Shown here in pieces: positions 25,776 to 33,377 of a stretch of 38,790 nt of DNA. Position numbers and translations under genes: made by a program. Origin of the DNA: a virus; IMG/VR virus record IMGVR_UViG_3300009964_000017. One strand, 5' to 3'. The notes under the pieces are model-generated. The model ran no database searches. It had not been told where the DNA came from and was given only the letters and a program-made list of their open reading frames with translations. Positions within the stretch are counted from its first letter, which is position 1, and the number at the start of each line of letters is the position of its first letter.

Positions 25776-25924
25776 GCTTACAACCCTAGCACATGCTAAA
25801 TCTATTTTAAAGAGGGCATAAGGAATTATAAGAAACTATAAGTGAGTTATTTCACTGGTTTTCGGCTTGATCTGTCCCTATCTGAGGACGTAAAGTTGTA
25901 TACATCAGGAAACGAAAGGCACTG
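25776..25924. promoter_or_regulatory. Divergent promoter/operator region of the lysis-lysogeny switch
   Basis: A - strand TATAAT lies at 25825-25830. A + strand TTGATC (25867-25872), N18, TAAAGT (25891-25896) is present. ATAAG occurs three times phased every 10 bp (25818, 25828, 25838). Confidence 0.55.
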
Positions 25925-26173
25925 ATGAAAAAACAAAATATGGGAGAGCTAGTAGCCGAAAACATCACACTAGCACTCAAAAAGAGAAAGCTCACTCAAA
26001 AAGCTCTCTCATGTAAAACCGGCATAACCCACGCCAGAATACAAGGCATAGCCTCAGGCACACGGGTAGCCACACTAGACGAAATACAGGCGATCTCAAA
26101 CGCAATGACCATCCCAATGGAATGGTTCGTAAGAGAACACCTCACCGAACTAAACGACTGGAAGAAAGGATAA
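25925..26173 (+). CDS. Cro-like XRE-family HTH regulator
   Basis: The HTH is LTQKALSCKTGITHARIQGIASGTRVATLDEIQAISNAM. It is the first gene of the rightward early operon. Confidence 0.7.
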   Translation: MKKQNMGELVAENITLALKKRKLTQKALSCKTGITHARIQGIASGTRVATLDEIQAISNAMTIPMEWFVREHLTELNDWKKG

Positions 26174-26178
26174 AGGGA

Positions 26179-26403
26179 ATGAAAAACCTCACCGTCGAAA
26201 TACCCGACATACCAGAAGGACTAATAGGGCAAGCACTTATAGAAATTATTGCCAAACGAGCAAGAATCAACATGCAAATTCAAAGCCTCGAAGACAAAAT
26301 GGCGAAAATAGCAGCAGAGATTCACAATCTCCGAGACAGAGAAACCAAGCTCCGAGACCTCGACATTGCTTACACCAAATATATGGAAGGAGGAAAAATC
26401 TAA
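26179..26403 (+). CDS. Hypothetical coiled-coil protein (74 aa)
   Basis: ATG at 26179 follows AAAGGGA and lies just after the Cro-like stop. The ORF-track start at 26122 overlaps the Cro-like gene. Confidence 0.45.
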   Translation: MKNLTVEIPDIPEGLIGQALIEIIAKRARINMQIQSLEDKMAKIAAEIHNLRDRETKLRDLDIAYTKYMEGGKI

Positions 26404-26405
26404 AA

Positions 26406-26624
26406 ATGTCACTCACCATCAAAAACGAAACATGGTTCACACCAAGAGAAGTAGCCGAATGGCTCGGACTCACAGAACAAACCCTCAACAAATGGCGGTC
26501 AGCAGGACAAGGGCCCACCTACGTATCAACCACCAACGGCACACGAGGCGGACGAATCCTCTACAAAGAAACCGACATACACAACTGGCTCAACAGCCTA
26601 GAACCACAAAAAACCATCCACTAA
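26406..26624 (+). CDS. Excisionase-family HTH (HTH_17 / MerR-like) DNA-binding protein
   Basis: WFTPREVAEWLGLTEQTLNKWRSAGQGPTYV...ILYKETDIHNWL is the typical excisionase-family helix-turn-helix layout. Confidence 0.65.
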   Translation: MSLTIKNETWFTPREVAEWLGLTEQTLNKWRSAGQGPTYVSTTNGTRGGRILYKETDIHNWLNSLEPQKTIH

Positions 26625-26647
26625 CCCAAAAACGGAGAACACAAGCC

Positions 26648-26860
26648 ATGAAACGCGAACACTGCGAAGCCCTCGCAACCTGCCTCTTCAACACGGCACT
26701 AATCCTCCTACTAGGACTCTGCTTCTACGAACCAGACATCAACACCATGTTCACCGTAGCAGCCCTCGGAACCGCGATCCTCGGTGTACTAGCGCTCATG
26801 GCTATAAACCCGAAGCTCGACAAACCAAAAACCGAGAAAGACCATAACGCACACGCCTAA
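26648..26860 (+). CDS. Small membrane protein (70 aa, 2 TM)
   Basis: The internal ATG of the 26366 ORF was chosen because the N-terminal part of that ORF overlaps the HTH_17 gene out of frame. The TM segments are ALATCLFNTALILLLGLCF and FTVAALGTAILGVLALMAI. Confidence 0.5.
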   Translation: MKREHCEALATCLFNTALILLLGLCFYEPDINTMFTVAALGTAILGVLALMAINPKLDKPKTEKDHNAHA

Positions 26861-26881
26861 ACAACCTTTAGTCAGGCCATA

Positions 26882-27082
26882 ATGTCCTTAAATAGAAACA
26901 GACAGCCGATACTCCCCAAACTATCCGCATACGCACTAGCCGCGGCACTAATCCTAGCGTTCGGAATCAGCAGTGACGAACCAAGTACAGCAACCATATA
27001 CGCAATACTCGCCGCCACCGCGTTTATCACGGGGATAGCCCTCTACCTCACACACGAGGTAACCATCATTAGGAAAGGCTAA
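26882..27082 (+). CDS. Small membrane protein (66 aa, 2 TM)
   Basis: The TM segments are LSAYALAAALILAFGI and IYAILAATAFITGIALYL. Confidence 0.5.
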   Translation: MSLNRNRQPILPKLSAYALAAALILAFGISSDEPSTATIYAILAATAFITGIALYLTHEVTIIRKG

Positions 27083-27084
27083 CT

Positions 27085-27471
27085 ATGAGTAAACCGCCTG
27101 TAATAGCTGGCGAACTAACCAGCACTGAACAGGGAGAAGCCACAAAAGCGATCGTGACCCTATCCCTTCTCAAAAGGTCAGCAGAAAGCCAAGGAGAGCA
27201 AGTAAAGTTCGAGTTCCTCAACTGTCAAGGAGACGAATTCCTAGCTATCCAAACCAACACGCACCAAAAGACAGGAGTACTAAGACGCATCATCAAAAGC
27301 TGCAATAACCATGAAGCCAAAATACTGTCTACAGCAACAGAATACTTAGGCATACCAACCAAGTATACGAGTCGCCTAGACTACAGCAACAAAGAATTTA
27401 AAGCTCTCTACATGGCAGCACCGCAACCTTCACCGGCTGAGGTCATTGTCAAAGCTCACAACAACCTATAG
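27085..27471 (+). CDS. Hypothetical protein
   Basis: A 128-aa ORF with RBS AGGAAAGG, tightly packed in the early operon. No motif was recognised. Confidence 0.45.
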   Translation: MSKPPVIAGELTSTEQGEATKAIVTLSLLKRSAESQGEQVKFEFLNCQGDEFLAIQTNTHQKTGVLRRIIKSCNNHEAKILSTATEYLGIPTKYTSRLDYSNKEFKALYMAAPQPSPAEVIVKAHNNL

Positions 27472-27482
27472 GAGAAATCATT

Positions 27483-27833
27483 ATGTCGAACACCACCACT
27501 AACGCTGTGAAACTCACCGAAGAACAAGCCGCAGGGATTATCAACCAGATTGTGAACCTGGACGCCGAAATTAGCAAGCTCACCGAAGCCCGCAAGAACC
27601 TCGCAGCCACACTAACAGCGAGCGTAGACCCAGGCACCTACCAGGCCGGGGCAGTCAAAGCCACAATCACAGTACCCAAAAGGTTCAACGAAAAGGAATT
27701 CACAAAGCAGTTCCCGCCCTCAACCAACCCAGAATTCTACAAGACGGTGCAGAAAGTTGATCTAACGACAATCGCACCGAACACCAAAGCCGAATTCTCA
27801 GATTTACAGGCACCACGCCTCACCATCAAATAA
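27483..27833 (+). CDS. Hypothetical protein (N-terminal coiled coil)
   Basis: A 116-aa ORF with RBS TAGGAGAAA, upstream of the nuclease cluster. Confidence 0.45.
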   Translation: MSNTTTNAVKLTEEQAAGIINQIVNLDAEISKLTEARKNLAATLTASVDPGTYQAGAVKATITVPKRFNEKEFTKQFPPSTNPEFYKTVQKVDLTTIAPNTKAEFSDLQAPRLTIK

Positions 27834-27844
27834 GACCAGGAACC

Positions 27845-28714
27845 ATGCAGAACCAGACCAAACGCAAACCCTTCTTTGCGACCTGCAACGGCTGCGGAAA
27901 AAATTCCCTCAGACGAACCCCAGGCTGCAAAACCTGCAGGCAACGGCACGACTACTGGAAAACATACGCCCCAGAACTCTACAAGCCAGCACCAACAAAA
28001 TGTGCAGGCTGTGGAATCGACTACAGTATCCAGGCACCAAAACCTGACTGTCGCAACTGTATCGCACGTGAACGGCACCGGCGTAACGCCCTCTACATCA
28101 AAAAACCCCGCAAACCTCGCATAAAGATTGAGGGAAAATGCAGAAGCTGCGGCACCGCATGGAGTAAAAGAACCGTCAGCTGTGAAACCTGCCAGCGGCG
28201 GCACACCAGCTACCGACGAAAAGGCAAACCATACGACCACGGCATAGACCTCACCTGTGCAGGCTGCGGACGGCTCATAGACAACACCCTGAAATTCACT
28301 ACCGGGTGCAACACCTGCTCTATCAGACTCAAAAACAGGGAACGTAGAGAGTGCACCGTGCTAGAGCCGCGCGAACCCATCAAACGAGAATCAAAGGAAC
28401 TGAAATATAAGCCGAAGAGCAAAAATAAGAAACCTAAGGCAAAACCCAAAAAGAAGCCCAAGGTAAAGCCGGTGTCTATCGTACAGGCCAAGAAACCTGC
28501 CAACGATTTTACCTGCGCTGACCCAGGGCACGCCGTCCCTAATAAGGGAGGAAAACAGCAGGATTGGGCGGCACTCGACCAATACATCCTAGCCCGCCGC
28601 CAACGCAAACAACACCACGAGAACCTAGAAAGGAGGAGACAACCCAATGGGCAGCACACCCATAACGTTAGCCAAACCAGACGGCGCAACCCAGCAACAA
28701 GCATTCCAAGCTGA
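27845..28714 (+). CDS. Tandem 4x zinc-ribbon protein with a Lys/Pro-rich basic tract
   Basis: There are four CxxCG-x9-11-CxxC units: CNGCG..CKTC, CAGCG..CRNC, CRSCG..CETC and CAGCG..CNTC. They are followed by KYKPKSKNKKPKAKPKKKPKVKP. Confidence 0.6.
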   Translation: MQNQTKRKPFFATCNGCGKNSLRRTPGCKTCRQRHDYWKTYAPELYKPAPTKCAGCGIDYSIQAPKPDCRNCIARERHRRNALYIKKPRKPRIKIEGKCRSCGTAWSKRTVSCETCQRRHTSYRRKGKPYDHGIDLTCAGCGRLIDNTLKFTTGCNTCSIRLKNRERRECTVLEPREPIKRESKELKYKPKSKNKKPKAKPKKKPKVKPVSIVQAKKPANDFTCADPGHAVPNKGGKQQDWAALDQYILARRQRKQHHENLERRRQPNGQHTHNVSQTRRRNPATSIPS

Positions 28715-29399
28715 TCTAACCGCCGCAGGGATTATGGGGGTCATTGAAGATAACATCCTCAACCATCCCCGCAGCAAACAAGTACGCATAGGCCCCTCAG
28801 AAATCGGTATGGACTGCACGAGACGACTAATCAGGAAACTAAACGGGCAGCCAGAACCAGAACGTGGTATCGCCTGGAAACCAACAGTCGGCACAGCCTG
28901 CCATTCACAAATGGAGGAATGGTTCGGGCACCAGCCAGAGACAGCAGGTTATCTCGTCGAAAAACGTGTAACCGTAGGGGCAATAGGTGAAACACCTATC
29001 ACAGGCAGCACCGATCTGTTCAGCATCACCGATAAAACGGTGATTGACTGGAAATTCGTGGGGCCGTCGATGCTCAAAAAATATAAAGCATCTGGCCCAT
29101 CAAACCAGTACAGGGTGCAAGCTCACCTCTACGGTACCGGCTGGGTAAACGCCGGGTACGCCGTCGAGCAGGTCATGATCGTATTTCTTCCACGTGATGG
29201 AGAAATCACTGACTCCTACTTTTGGTGGGAGCCATACGACCGGGCGGTAGCTGAGGAAGCCATGAACAAGGCAAACCAGTTAAACACGCTCATAAAAACA
29301 ATTGGTGTAGAAGCAACGTTAGCGATGTTCCCGCTCTGCAATAACCGCTTCTGCCCCTGGTGCCCAGCCGATAGGCAAGCATCAACACCAATGTTCTAA
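28647..29399 (+). CDS. Cas4-like PD-(D/E)XK exonuclease with Fe-S cysteines
   Basis: The RBS AAAGGAGGAG is strong. Motifs include GPSEIGMDCTRR, GSTDLF...VIDWKF (D...D/ExK) and QAHLY, plus C-terminal CNNRFCPWC which with the N-terminal Cys gives 4 Cys. Confidence 0.7.
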   Translation: MGSTPITLAKPDGATQQQAFQADLTAAGIMGVIEDNILNHPRSKQVRIGPSEIGMDCTRRLIRKLNGQPEPERGIAWKPTVGTACHSQMEEWFGHQPETAGYLVEKRVTVGAIGETPITGSTDLFSITDKTVIDWKFVGPSMLKKYKASGPSNQYRVQAHLYGTGWVNAGYAVEQVMIVFLPRDGEITDSYFWWEPYDRAVAEEAMNKANQLNTLIKTIGVEATLAMFPLCNNRFCPWCPADRQASTPMF

Positions 29400-29436
29400 C
29401 ACCAGATAACTATTCAACAGTAAGGAAAAACATACA

Positions 29437-30153
29437 ATGTCAGCTTTTGACTTCTTCGATTCCCGCCCCTCCCACTCCTGCAAGTTCAAGACCCCGGGAG
29501 AAACCCACGCCGGCGTCATCACTGAGATTAGCGACCGCATGCCAGTCACCAAGTACGGCACTACCGATCCAGACTACTGGCCTGACGGCTCCCCGAAGCA
29601 GCAGGTCGTTATCACTCTTGCGACAGACGAGCGTGACCCCGAAGACCCGAACGACACCGGGGAACGCTCCCTCTGGGTCACCGAGTCACGCAAGGCTGGG
29701 ACTATCCTAGCCGCGATCATCCAGGCAACCCGCCAGGCGAACGCGAAACTAGAAATCGGTGGCATGCTCTCCGTCTCGTTCACTGGGCATGACCCGAACA
29801 GTAAGAACCCGGCTCAGCCTCGCAAACTGTACGCCGCGACGTATCAGCCTCCGGCTGCTGGTGGCGGCATGTTCGAGCAGCAGCCCGCACAGCCCGCACC
29901 AGCTGCCAGTCAGCCCGCAGTACCACAGGCGGCACCGCAGCAGCAGGTATCTCAGACGGCACCTGTGGTAAACCAGCAGCCCACACAGCCCGCACCAGCT
30001 GCACCGGCACAGCAGCTTAGCGACGCAACCATAACCGGTATAAAAGGGCTAATCGCAGCCGGGCTAGACGACGCAACCATCAGCAGTTCACTAACCGCAG
30101 CCGGTAACCAAGTATCCCCAGAGCAGGTAGCACAGGTTCGCGCCGCAGCGTAA
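29437..30153 (+). CDS. Hypothetical protein with a Q/P/A-rich linker (possible OB-fold ssDNA-binding or annealing role, unverified)
   Basis: A 238-aa ORF between the exonuclease and primase. It has a globular N-terminal ~135 aa, the low-complexity stretch QQPAQPAPAASQPAVPQAAPQQQ...QPAPAAPAQQ, and a short C-terminal helical domain. Confidence 0.4.
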   Translation: MSAFDFFDSRPSHSCKFKTPGETHAGVITEISDRMPVTKYGTTDPDYWPDGSPKQQVVITLATDERDPEDPNDTGERSLWVTESRKAGTILAAIIQATRQANAKLEIGGMLSVSFTGHDPNSKNPAQPRKLYAATYQPPAAGGGMFEQQPAQPAPAASQPAVPQAAPQQQVSQTAPVVNQQPTQPAPAAPAQQLSDATITGIKGLIAAGLDDATISSSLTAAGNQVSPEQVAQVRAAA

Positions 30154-30173
30154 ACCAAAAATAGCCTAATCAT

Positions 30174-30207
30174 CCCCCGCCCACACAAAAAGCGGGCGGG
30201 GGGGGGG
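30174..30207. repeat. GC hairpin plus G10 homopolymer
   Basis: CCCCCGCCC (30174-30182) pairs with GGGCGGGGG (30194-30202). The G run extends from 30198 to 30207. Confidence 0.8.
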
Positions 30208-30274
30208 TACCACCCAAAACCACCATAAAGAGTAATAAAAATGCGAAACACCGTCACAGGAAGGAGACACAAAA

Positions 30275-32914
30275 ATGGCACAAGCACCTATTCACCCAAT
30301 CGCAGCCGCAGCACAGCACCTAGCACAAGCTAACGTCTCCTTCATCCCAACCCGCGCAGACACCAGCAAAGGCCCCGCCGTCGCCTGGAAAGAATTCCAG
30401 TCACGCAAACCAACCCTAGCGGATCAGACAAAATGGTTCGGCACGGAAAACCCACGCAACTACGGTGTAGCAGTCGTCACCGGCAGGGTCTCAGGCAACC
30501 TTGAGATGACCGAAATCGAAGGGAAAATAGCCGACCGGATACCCGAAATTACGAAGGCGTTCGTGGCTGCTGGTGAGCGCGCCCTGTGGCAGCGTCTCAT
30601 GACCTCCTGGGTCGAACAATCACCCACCGGCGGCATGCACTGGATATACCGCCTCGACGGAGAAAACGTACCAGGAAACACAAAGATTGCGACCAATGCT
30701 GACGGTGAAGTACTCGCTGAAACCCGTGGTGAAGGCGGCTACTTCGTAGCAGCACCCACAGACGGCACACACCACTCCACCGGCCAAGGATGGGTAGCAC
30801 TCGGTTTACCCGCAGCATGCACCACCCTAACCGCTACCGAACGTGAAACTTTTCACCGCATCCTCCGTGAAACCTTCCACGAAGGCACAGAGACACCAAA
30901 ACACCCCCAGACAGGTAATCACACCCAAGGCACACGAAAGACTTTCCCTGCCACCGTAGAAGGCCAGCAGGCGGGTGTTATGAACCTGGGCGTGAAACCT
31001 GGGGACGAATTCGAGACAAAAACTGACTGGGCTGACATTCTCACCCCGCACGGCTGGTCTCTACACTCAACCCAGGCAGACGGAACCAGGTTCTGGGTGC
31101 GCCCAGGCAAAAACCCGCGCGACGGGCACTCAGCCTCCACCGGCCACGCAGACGACCGAGACCGCCTCTACGTCTTCTCCTCATCCGTCCAAGAATTCGA
31201 CACTGACACCCCATACACAAAATTCAAAGCATACTCGATCCTCAACCACGGAGGCGACGACACCAAGGCAGCAAAACACCTTGCCGCAAACGGATTCGGA
31301 ACCCCCACAACACTCAATATCAGCCTAGACGACATGCTAGGCACCAACACAACAGGAGGCCAACAATGGCAGCAGAAGGACAAATCGTCAACCCAGTACC
31401 ACAACCAAAACCAGCAACCCATCTCGCCGAGCTCTGCAGAGTCCACGGCCCCATCACCGGGTACCGGAACATCTCAGGCGACATCTGGGCAGTCAGATTC
31501 CAAGACGGCGCCCAGCACGTCCAAAAAAAGCAATAACCTAGAAATCCCCGCATACACCGAGTTCGCGTTCACCCAGGCGTTCATCGCTGAGCACGGCAAA
31601 AACATTCGCTACAACACTGACCGAGGCCGCTTCTACTATTGGGGTGGCAAACGGTGGGTACCTCAACCAGACACGGGCGGTATCATCAAGCAGCACGCGT
31701 TAGCATTCGCCGCGCAGCTCCCAGATGAAGACGATGCAGCACTCAAACGCTTGAAGGCGTCCATGCTGTCGAATCGTGGCGTGACTGCGGCACTGAATCT
31801 ATTGAAGGTTGATCCGAGGGTTGCGTGCACGTCTGATGATTTTGATACGAGGCCTTGGGAGTTGAATACTCCTGCTGGCATTGTTGATTTGCGGACAGGT
31901 AGTGTTCGGGCGCATGACCCGGCGATGATGCACTCAAAAATCACCACTGTAGCCCCTGTAGCCTCCTCTGAGGCACCTATATGGTCTAGGTTCTTGCAGA
32001 CTACATTCAATGCAGATTCGGCGCTTATAGGGTACATGCAGCGTCTTTTAGGGTATTCCGCAACCGGTGCTATCCGTGAGCATGTTTTCGCTTTCGCATA
32101 CGGTACCGGCGGAAACGGTAAATCAGTTTTCTATGATGCCTGTGTAGACGTCCTCGGAGACTACGCAACGGTCATGCCTGCAGGATTCCTCATGAAAAAG
32201 TCATATCAAGAGCACTCTACCGAATTAGCAGACCTCAAGGGAATGCGCCTTGTGGTTGGTTCAGAAATCAACCAGGGCGAAAAATTCGACGAGGCTAAGT
32301 TGAAGTCTTTGACTGGTGGTGACCGGATCAAGGCACGACATATGCATCAGGACTTCTTCACCTTCACGCCGACACATCATCTGCACCTGATGGGCAACCA
32401 TTTGCCGCAGGTTGAGGCTGGCGGGGATTCTATCTGGCGGCGTATGAATCAGATACCGTTCGTGCATACTGTCCCTGCTGAGGAGAGGAACGAGCGGCTG
32501 CCTGAGCAGCTGCGTACTGAGGAGGCTGGGCAGATTCTGGCTTGGATTATTGAAGGAGCAAAGATGTATCACCAGGACGGGTTACAGGCACCGGAGGCTG
32601 TGCGTGCGGCTACTGCGGCTTATGCGCAGAGTCAGGATACGGTGGGTGAATTCTTGAGTCAGGAGTGCACGATGTATCCCGGCAACGAGTTCTATACGGC
32701 TTCTGTGAAGCAGTTTCGTATGGAGTATGAGGCTTGGTGTCAGGGTGAGGGTGTTAGTCCGCTCAAGGGGCGTTCTTTGACTGCTGCGCTTGCTTCTCAT
32801 GGTGTTCTGGTGGGTAGGAATGCTCCGAGGGCTGGGAATGGGAATGATCGTGTCTATGGTGGGGTTAGGTTGAATTCTCATGAGGAGAGTTTGAGTAATT
32901 CCCCGTGGCAGTGA
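30275..32914 (+). CDS. Bifunctional primase-polymerase (Prim-Pol) fused to a D5/P4-type primase-helicase
   Basis: The N-terminus SFIPTRADTSKGPAVAWKEFQ...YGVAVVTG...AETRGEGGYFVAAPTDG is Prim-Pol-like and is followed by an S/T/Q-rich linker. The C-terminus has Walker A GTGGNGKS and Walker B RLVVGSE, as in the P4-family primase C-terminal domain. Confidence 0.85.
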   Translation: MAQAPIHPIAAAAQHLAQANVSFIPTRADTSKGPAVAWKEFQSRKPTLADQTKWFGTENPRNYGVAVVTGRVSGNLEMTEIEGKIADRIPEITKAFVAAGERALWQRLMTSWVEQSPTGGMHWIYRLDGENVPGNTKIATNADGEVLAETRGEGGYFVAAPTDGTHHSTGQGWVALGLPAACTTLTATERETFHRILRETFHEGTETPKHPQTGNHTQGTRKTFPATVEGQQAGVMNLGVKPGDEFETKTDWADILTPHGWSLHSTQADGTRFWVRPGKNPRDGHSASTGHADDRDRLYVFSSSVQEFDTDTPYTKFKAYSILNHGGDDTKAAKHLAANGFGTPTTLNISLDDMLGTNTTGGQQWQQKDKSSTQYHNQNQQPISPSSAESTAPSPGTGTSQATSGQSDSKTAPSTSKKSNNLEIPAYTEFAFTQAFIAEHGKNIRYNTDRGRFYYWGGKRWVPQPDTGGIIKQHALAFAAQLPDEDDAALKRLKASMLSNRGVTAALNLLKVDPRVACTSDDFDTRPWELNTPAGIVDLRTGSVRAHDPAMMHSKITTVAPVASSEAPIWSRFLQTTFNADSALIGYMQRLLGYSATGAIREHVFAFAYGTGGNGKSVFYDACVDVLGDYATVMPAGFLMKKSYQEHSTELADLKGMRLVVGSEINQGEKFDEAKLKSLTGGDRIKARHMHQDFFTFTPTHHLHLMGNHLPQVEAGGDSIWRRMNQIPFVHTVPAEERNERLPEQLRTEEAGQILAWIIEGAKMYHQDGLQAPEAVRAATAAYAQSQDTVGEFLSQECTMYPGNEFYTASVKQFRMEYEAWCQGEGVSPLKGRSLTAALASHGVLVGRNAPRAGNGNDRVYGGVRLNSHEESLSNSPWQ

Positions 32915-33165
32915 CACAAAGTGACACAAAGTGACACAAGTTTAGAAGTTGTGTCACTGAGTAAAAAGCCTAGTCAGTATGGTTTTTGAACAGTCTCAGT
33001 GACACAAGTGACACAACTTCAGTATATAACTCTTAATGTGCGCGCATACACGCGCACACGATAAGAGATTTTTTATAAAAACGTGTCACTGTGTCACTGA
33101 AAACCCTAAAAACAGTATCTGACTAGGTGTTATGCCAGTGACACAAGGGAAAAAAGTTGTGTCAC
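32911..33165. repeat. Iteron array: putative origin of replication
   Basis: Ten copies of the core GTGACAC are present. Six are on +, starting at 32911, 32921, 32931, 32999, 33008 and 33138. Four are inverted GTGTCAC at 32951, 33083, 33091 and 33159. An AT-only palindrome lies at 33070-33081 and a GC palindrome at 33038-33057. Confidence 0.7.
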
Positions 33166-33221
33166 TAACCTTAAAGAAACCTGGGAATCAAGAACTATTC
33201 TCAAAACGGGAAGGAGCCGAA

Positions 33222-33377
33222 ATGACAAACGACAACTACCTACTAGTCCACGCACGAGAAACATTCAGAACCACACTGACCCCTGACGCAAAGCTTCTAT
33301 ATATGGCAATGATCGCCACAAAGAGAGGAAAAGCATCTACTGGCACGACTCAGAATTCCAAACCCTCACCGGGCTAG
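33222..33377 (+). CDS. Winged-helix paralog, 5' frame fragment (continues in the -1 frame to 33496; frameshifted gene or pseudogene)
   Basis: ATG at 33222 follows GGGAAGGAG. The homologous domain continues as SIYWHDSEFQTLTGLEKEQLDLALYELAGV... in the -1 frame from the A4 run at 33329-33332. Confidence 0.5.
   Translation: MTNDNYLLVHARETFRTTLTPDAKLLYMAMIATKRGKASTGTTQNSKPSPG

Noticed and set aside
25841-25848. AGTGAGTT in the switch region matching the attP arm repeats ((A/G)GTGAGTTTAT at 24093 and 24313), as a shared Int or repressor site.
   Set aside because: Only an 8-mer is shared. A given 8-mer is expected about once by chance in ~77 kb of two-strand sequence, so the match is not significant without binding data.
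26366-26647. The N-terminal 94 codons of the 164-aa ORF 26366-26860.
   Set aside because: This part overlaps the well-supported HTH_17 gene (26406-26624) in another frame and encodes an Arg/His/Thr-rich off-frame-like sequence. Only the membrane-protein part from ATG 26648 was kept.
32911-33165. Whether the GTGACACAA repeats are a CRISPR array.
   Set aside because: The repeat unit is only 7-9 bp, with copies in both orientations at 9-10-bp spacing and no spacer-sized unique intervals. No cas genes are present; the Cas4-like gene is a stand-alone phage nuclease 3.5 kb away. The array fits iterons, not CRISPR.
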